From Methanothrix sp. (GTDB lineage: Archaea; Halobacteriota; Methanosarcinia; Methanotrichales; Methanotrichaceae): a stretch of 64,000 nt of DNA. How positions within the stretch are numbered: the stretch's first letter is position 1; every line of letters begins with the position of its first letter. Positions 58,196 through 64,000 of this stretch are shown piece by piece. Below the pieces are notes generated by a model. The model was not told the DNA's origin. It made no database searches and saw only the letters and a program-made list of their open reading frames with translations. The stretch is from assembly GCA_963682135.1 (NCBI GenBank), contig OY821645.1, positions 2,656,001-2,720,000 of the forward strand. Direction: 5' to 3'. The translations under genes and the position numbers were made by a program.

Positions 58196-61100
58196 TTGGA
58201 CAAGCGCACTTATTCCTCGAGGCATTTTGTGCAGTCATGCCATCGGAAGGCTTTATCAGCAATCTTAGCGTATGCTTTGATTCTGTCATTCTTGAGCCTT
58301 GCATCCGGTCAGGTCACCAATGAAAGAGAGGTGCAGTCAGGGAGCGTCTGCAACTTTGTAGCCCAGAACATATCTCAAGAGGATGCGTCAATCGAATGGA
58401 GTGCATCTGATGGAAGCCCTATGAGCTACATCGGAAGATCTATGCGGTGGAAGGCACCTGTTGTCGATTCTCCTAAGAACGTAGTCATATCGCTAAATTT
58501 AACCAACACCTATGGTTGCTGTAAATATTATAATAACTTATATAATATTCGTGTAATTCCTAGATTGGTCGCCAAAATCGTTTTGAAAAAGGATTGCCTA
58601 TTCACAGCGCCCGTCAAAATAGGAGACCATGTATTATACACTTATAATGTAACCAACCAGGGGACTAAGCCTCTCATAGACCTGAATCTCACCGACCTGC
58701 AGAACTGGGGACCGGACTCTCAGCCGATTTATAAATCAGGAGATGATGGAAATGGGTTGCTTGATCCGGGAGAATCATGGTGGTATGAATGCGATTATCG
58801 GGTTATGGACCCTGCCGATTATCCAATATTGCGCATCATGCAGAGTGATAAAGGCCCCACACAATTGTCCGAAACCATACAAAGGCTGATGGAAAAAAAG
58901 GTTCGCCTGGAGATTGTAATGGATAACTTGCGTCGATCTGCAAGCCAATTCGATCTGCAAGCCGCCAGGCAGATCACAACAGAGCAGATGCAAGAAGGAT
59001 TAAACTATACATATTACAATTACAGTAATGAAGTAACAGGCGAATCATTCAGCAAGATAGTTGATTTTAAGGGCAATTTGAATAGGACCATCTACCAGGA
59101 CCCCATATCTGGTGCAGTACTAACAGTGCATTATACGACATATAGCAGGATATTCTCCGAAGAGCTCTACTATCCACCCCCTGGAATTAATGAGTACTTC
59201 AAAATAGAGTACGATTTGCCGGCCAAGGGATATAATACGATTACAGTAACTGATTACAAATCAGGAGATACACTGATAATGATGGTGGACAGCCGAGGAA
59301 ATATTTTGAGCAAGGAGTATAGAAGAACGCCGGGATATCAGCTTTACGTCGAGAAATTTTTGCTTAAGAATAAGGCCACTGTTACGGCTAAAACGAGGGA
59401 TGGAAGTGATGTGTCCGATTGGGATTCATTCACATTGGAGGTCTTCCGGCTTCTGCCCGATTTGCTTGTGACAAAGACCGCTCAGACTGAGTTGGCAATT
59501 TCAGGCGGTCTATTGAATTATACCATTCTTTACAAAAACGCTGGTGGCTCAGATGCCCACGATGTTGTGATCACGGAGACCTACGACAAGAACCTCACAT
59601 TCCTTAGGTCAGACCCTCCGCCCGATAGAGGTAGTGTGAATCGATGGAGCCTGGGAGTCCTCAGTATCGGTGAGTCTGGAAGCATACAAATCCAGACCAA
59701 GGTCAGTGCCCTTGCGCTGTTCGGATCAAAAATTGTCAATAAGGTAGAGCTGACTGCCCGGGAAAACTCTTCCGCAATCTGTATCATCAATACCACCGTG
59801 GGAAGCAACGATTTGAATATTACCAAGATTGCTTCCACAAATTTAGTGCAGCCCGGCAAGAACCTGACTTATAGTATAATTTACCGAAATAATGGTTCCA
59901 TAAAACAGACCAATGTGACGATTCATGATTGGCTGGACCCATATGTGTATCTGGCAAACCTAAGCACCCAAAGAGATCTCATATGGCGCCTGGGAGATTT
60001 GAATCCGGGTGAGGGCGGCATAAAAGCCGTAAATGTATTGGTAAAGAATGCGATTTTCGGGAACACTTCGAGAATCACCAATAGATATAGAATAGATTCT
60101 TACCAGTTTGCCGGAATGACAAAGGAATTGGTGACTCGTGTGATGAATGGCGGGTTGAATATTACCAAGACTGCTTCATCAGATTTTGTGCCACCCGGCA
60201 GTGAACTGACCTATACCATAACTTATCGAAATGAGGGATCCGAAAACCAGACCGGTGTGATGATTCATGATTGGCTGGACAGATACGTTGATTTGGTTGA
60301 TGTTATGGCCAATCCACCTCTGGTCAGCAGCGGATCCGGGAATTATCTCCGGTGGTATCGTGATTATTTGAAACCTGGCGTTGAGGGCACAATAACCATA
60401 AGAGTAAGAACAAATGCAACTATTCCTGATCATGTTTCTCAAATCATCAACACATACAGAATAAATTCCACTCAGTTTGAAGCAAAGAATTCGACCCTTA
60501 AGACGGATGTGGTTCATTCTCTCTGGATTCGAAAGAAGGCGGATAAGAGCATCTATAAAAGGGAAGATAACATAACTTATACTATTGATTATGGAAATTC
60601 TGGAATCACACCGGCCTATTTAGTGAATGTCACCGACCTTCTTCCAGAGGTGATCCTAATCAGTGTGTACCCTATTCCCAGTACCATAAGCGGCAATAAT
60701 CTGACCTGGAGAGTTGGAACATTAGGCGAAAATGAATCGAGAACCATCCGAATAGTCGCTCAGATCCCCAAAAAAGCGAAAGCCAATTATTATGAGACAT
60801 CTCAGGTGCAGGGCGATGGCTATGCTTATGTTCGGAAAGGATTTTCCACCGAGGAAAAGAAGGAAGGTCTCACAAATCGAGCGATGATATCAGGGTACTA
60901 TGGAGAATACCCATTTAGAGTTAGTGCCAATTCATCGGTGACAGTTCTCGGCTCCCCCGGTACGAGCATTTCCAGTCTGGAGCATGGAAGCGGTTACTAC
61001 AAAGAAGAGTCAAAGAGCAGCCTGCATCAAGAAAATAAGAGCATCCGCCTGGAAAAGAATCTGTTTGCCAAATACAAGAAGACTGCATTTCTCCTGCCCG

Positions 61101-62440
61101 GGAATCGAAGCCTTAATTATGATTCATTGTGGTCGGATATGACCCGCGTAGAGAACAGGATAATGGGTGACAGCCTTCGCGAAAAGTATCTATACGCCGA
61201 TACCCTGGACCAGAACAGCACTTATGTAGCGGATATGAATCAGACAGTTTACAGTTCTGAGGCAGATTTTAGTTCTGGCATGGCTCAGATAGACTATAAG
61301 AAACATGTCCCCGAAGAGAGAGATGTCGTCCAGGAAATAGATGAATACTACCATGGCAGCTTCCGGATAGAAGAGTCCGTGGACTCATACGGCGAGAGCG
61401 TCAAGTTCAGCAAATCGGGATTGGGCAAAGGATTTGTCTCCTCGGATAAATGGGTAAAAGGTGAGCAAAAATCCTACGAATCGGGCAGCGGCTACTACTC
61501 TTCTCAGGAGAAATCGGAACTTGGATCAGTTGACAAATACATAAAGATGCAATATGCACCGGTTCAACTCCGTGGCGGATCTCAAAACCTAAGCTATGCC
61601 AACTTATGGGACGAGGGATTGTTGACCAAAGATGAGGAGAAAGGCGTGCTAATTAGTAAGGATATCCGTTATGCAACATCTGTCGATATGGAGGCTATGA
61701 TGGAGAAATCCTCACTCTCCATTCTCGGCAAGTTCAATGGAACTCTCGATATAAATATGGAAAACGGGCCGCGCATCGGTGTGGATCAGAGGCTCATCGG
61801 AAGCTTCCAGGTAGATACGGCGATCGGCATCCATGACATGCCCCGGCACCTTTACCCGCATGTTAATATCAGCAAGACGGCAGCTATGCTGGACGAAGAG
61901 ACCGTCCTCTTTTTGATCAACGTCAGCAACGATGGCAATAAGCTGCTCAAACCACTGAATATAACCGATTACCTTCCCGAAGGCTGCAGCTTCATCAACT
62001 CCAGCATCCGAGCGAAGACAAACGGCAGTATGGTCAATTGGACGATTCCTTCCCTTGATATCGGCAGAACGCTGACCATAAAGATGAGAGCCAAGGTAGA
62101 CGGAGAACGCGCATATTATACGAATACGGTAAGAGTCAGGGCGGTCTGCAAAGAGAGCATAGTTGAGGCCAGGAACGCCACCACCTTTGAGGCCTACTAT
62201 CAGCCTCTGCCCTGCTGTCTGGGAATAAATGACAGCGCGGATGCCGACAACAAGATCAATACAACCAGTCTATTTAACACCACTCCGACGGTTGGGTATT
62301 GGGGTTCATGGAAGCCGGCCCCGTGTTTTGATATCTCCGGCAACATGACGGAATGCTCTGCTCAGTCGGAGGCCTATTATGATGAGATGGAAAAGGATGC
62401 GAGCCTGTGCAGCTGCGCATCCAATTATGAGGTGCCGTAA
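58196..62440 (+). CDS. Large secreted protein with multiple DUF11 (Ig-like) repeats
   Basis: Repeated L.ITK.A.....PG..LTY.I.Y.N.G.....V.I.D.L; signal peptide. Confidence 0.85.
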   Translation: MDKRTYSSRHFVQSCHRKALSAILAYALILSFLSLASGQVTNEREVQSGSVCNFVAQNISQEDASIEWSASDGSPMSYIGRSMRWKAPVVDSPKNVVISLNLTNTYGCCKYYNNLYNIRVIPRLVAKIVLKKDCLFTAPVKIGDHVLYTYNVTNQGTKPLIDLNLTDLQNWGPDSQPIYKSGDDGNGLLDPGESWWYECDYRVMDPADYPILRIMQSDKGPTQLSETIQRLMEKKVRLEIVMDNLRRSASQFDLQAARQITTEQMQEGLNYTYYNYSNEVTGESFSKIVDFKGNLNRTIYQDPISGAVLTVHYTTYSRIFSEELYYPPPGINEYFKIEYDLPAKGYNTITVTDYKSGDTLIMMVDSRGNILSKEYRRTPGYQLYVEKFLLKNKATVTAKTRDGSDVSDWDSFTLEVFRLLPDLLVTKTAQTELAISGGLLNYTILYKNAGGSDAHDVVITETYDKNLTFLRSDPPPDRGSVNRWSLGVLSIGESGSIQIQTKVSALALFGSKIVNKVELTARENSSAICIINTTVGSNDLNITKIASTNLVQPGKNLTYSIIYRNNGSIKQTNVTIHDWLDPYVYLANLSTQRDLIWRLGDLNPGEGGIKAVNVLVKNAIFGNTSRITNRYRIDSYQFAGMTKELVTRVMNGGLNITKTASSDFVPPGSELTYTITYRNEGSENQTGVMIHDWLDRYVDLVDVMANPPLVSSGSGNYLRWYRDYLKPGVEGTITIRVRTNATIPDHVSQIINTYRINSTQFEAKNSTLKTDVVHSLWIRKKADKSIYKREDNITYTIDYGNSGITPAYLVNVTDLLPEVILISVYPIPSTISGNNLTWRVGTLGENESRTIRIVAQIPKKAKANYYETSQVQGDGYAYVRKGFSTEEKKEGLTNRAMISGYYGEYPFRVSANSSVTVLGSPGTSISSLEHGSGYYKEESKSSLHQENKSIRLEKNLFAKYKKTAFLLPGNRSLNYDSLWSDMTRVENRIMGDSLREKYLYADTLDQNSTYVADMNQTVYSSEADFSSGMAQIDYKKHVPEERDVVQEIDEYYHGSFRIEESVDSYGESVKFSKSGLGKGFVSSDKWVKGEQKSYESGSGYYSSQEKSELGSVDKYIKMQYAPVQLRGGSQNLSYANLWDEGLLTKDEEKGVLISKDIRYATSVDMEAMMEKSSLSILGKFNGTLDINMENGPRIGVDQRLIGSFQVDTAIGIHDMPRHLYPHVNISKTAAMLDEETVLFLINVSNDGNKLLKPLNITDYLPEGCSFINSSIRAKTNGSMVNWTIPSLDIGRTLTIKMRAKVDGERAYYTNTVRVRAVCKESIVEARNATTFEAYYQPLPCCLGINDSADADNKINTTSLFNTTPTVGYWGSWKPAPCFDISGNMTECSAQSEAYYDEMEKDASLCSCASNYEVP

Positions 62441-62450
62441 GCAGTCCTTT

Positions 62451-62478
62451 GTCCAGGAAATTTACTTATTTCCCGGAC
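62451..62478. terminator. Hairpin between convergent genes
   Basis: GTCCAGGAAAT-TTACTT-ATTTCCCGGAC, 11-bp stem with one mismatch. Confidence 0.45.
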
Positions 62479-62505
62479 AAGGGGGCCTGCCGGAATTTTT
62501 GGTTT

Positions 62506-64000
62506 TTACTCCAAAGACCTCTGCTTGCTGACCCTCAGATGGTGGCGGTACATGATGCCCAGGGCGTCGGCAACCTGTTCGGGCGTGCCGAAGACGGGAA
62601 TGCCGGCATTTTCCAGCTTGATAACATCGGTTTGCGCAAATTCCTTTCCGGCCACGCAGGCGATGATGGGCTTGCCCTTGTAATCGATCTTCTGGAGAGC
62701 ATCCACGTAGCTGCCCAAAATCTCCGCCTGCAATACAACGATAAAGCTGCCCACGTCCTGGCTGTCTACACCGATCTCAATGGTTCTCTTTACCGTCTCT
62801 GCATCCTGGCTGAATGTGTAGTCTACTGGATTTGTGCCGCAGACATAATCGGGCAGCAGGCCCTTCAGCCGCTGCAATAAGTGCGGCTCCAATTCGGAGA
62901 GACGCATGCCGTTGTCGGTGATGGCATCGGCGGCAATGACTCCCAGCGAGCCGGCGTAGGTTATTATGAATACACCTTCCCTTGTGGGCAGCGGCTGCTT
63001 GGAAATAGCGCGAGCCAGGTTGAACATGTGCTCATAATCGCGGGCTCGTATTATCCCGGACTGGCGAAAGACGGAGCTGAAAATCTGGTCGTTGCCGGCC
63101 AGGGATGCGGTGTGGGATGCCACCGCTTTCTTTCCGGCGGCGGTTCGACCGGACTTGAGAACGACAACGGGCTTTTCCGAAGTGATGCGCCGGGCCACAT
63201 CAATGAAACGCCGCCCGCCTTTCACAGACTCAAGATACATGCAGATGACATTGATGTTCTCGTCCTTGCTCACTGCCTCCATAATATCGGTCTCGTTGAT
63301 GTCCAGCTTATTGCCGATGGTAGCGATTATGCCAAAATCCATAATATGGCGCAGCCCCCAGAGCATACCGGCTGCGCACACTCCCGCCTGCGAGACCAGG
63401 CCGATATTGCCCATGGATAATGCATCCACAATGCCGATGGATTGGACCATGCTGCAATGCGTGTTGATGATGCCGGAACAGTTGGGTCCAAGAAGCCGGA
63501 CGCCATACCTGTCGGCAATATCCTTCATCAGCAGCTCAATCTTCTTGCCTTCCTCGCCCAATTCCGCAAAGCCGGCTGACTCAACTACGATGTAGCGCAC
63601 ACCGCACTTGCAGCACTCCTCAACTACATCCGGGGTTATGCCGGCTGAGACGAGGATGATAGCCACGTCAACCGGTTCCGGCACGGCGCTGATGCAGGGA
63701 TAAGCTTTGCAGCCGTGAATCTCATCTGCTTTGGGATTGATGGGATAGAGCTTCCCCTTGAAATTATGGCCGACAAGATTGGTGAAGACGTTCCAGCCAA
63801 GCTTTCCCGGCGTGCCGGAGGCTCCGATGACGGCAATGCTCCTGGGATAGAACAGGTCGTGTAGGTCCTGTTTTACGGCAACCTGCGGTGCAGGGCGCGG
63901 CTCGCCCAGAATTATGCGGGCGTCAACCACCAGATAGCCATCCGGATAGAGGAATACGGGATTGAGATCCATCTCTGAGATGTCGGGATTCTTGATGACA
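62506..64000 (-). CDS. ADP-forming acyl-CoA synthetase, beta-alpha fusion (5' end outside the window)
   Basis: DLNP..VVDARI ATP-grasp end, then PRSIAVIGAS, LGPNC, SQAG, SHTASLAG (phospho-His), NPVD. Confidence 0.88.
   Translation of the reverse strand, partial: VIKNPDISEMDLNPVFLYPDGYLVVDARIILGEPRPAPQVAVKQDLHDLFYPRSIAVIGASGTPGKLGWNVFTNLVGHNFKGKLYPINPKADEIHGCKAYPCISAVPEPVDVAIILVSAGITPDVVEECCKCGVRYIVVESAGFAELGEEGKKIELLMKDIADRYGVRLLGPNCSGIINTHCSMVQSIGIVDALSMGNIGLVSQAGVCAAGMLWGLRHIMDFGIIATIGNKLDINETDIMEAVSKDENINVICMYLESVKGGRRFIDVARRITSEKPVVVLKSGRTAAGKKAVASHTASLAGNDQIFSSVFRQSGIIRARDYEHMFNLARAISKQPLPTREGVFIITYAGSLGVIAADAITDNGMRLSELEPHLLQRLKGLLPDYVCGTNPVDYTFSQDAETVKRTIEIGVDSQDVGSFIVVLQAEILGSYVDALQKIDYKGKPIIACVAGKEFAQTDVIKLENAGIPVFGTPEQVADALGIMYRHHLRVSKQRSLE

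Overview
Chromosomal window from a methanogenic archaeon, most likely Methanothrix (Methanosaeta) or a relative. This is inferred from Mmp10, Tfx, SepCysS, the rps13-rps4-rps11-rpoD-tRNA-Leu operon, AMP-forming acetyl-CoA synthetase and large DUF11/PKD surface proteins. Housekeeping genes include tupABC-tfx, ADH synthase, serA, smc-scpA, dinB, xth and mscL. Accessory content includes an intact tnpB-only IS200/IS605 element whose ends, TAM and empty site can be read directly, a second TnpB/omega-RNA remnant, a SNF2-SWIM-PspA cluster and a hicBA module. The most interesting region is a sulfur-amino-acid locus (19.5-30.5 kb). There the archaeal SepCysS and a sulfite-reductase-like gene are truncated, while metX, metY, cysK and cysE-DUF59 are intact. 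A non-canonical tRNA-Cys(GCA) with C73 instead of U73 ends 2 nt before the start codon of a CysRS that has Asp in place of a zinc-ligand Cys. A second notable system is two secreted sulfatases flanking a radical-SAM maturase and sharing an unexplained ~23-residue pro-region motif. All calls come from motif recognition by eye; no searches were run.
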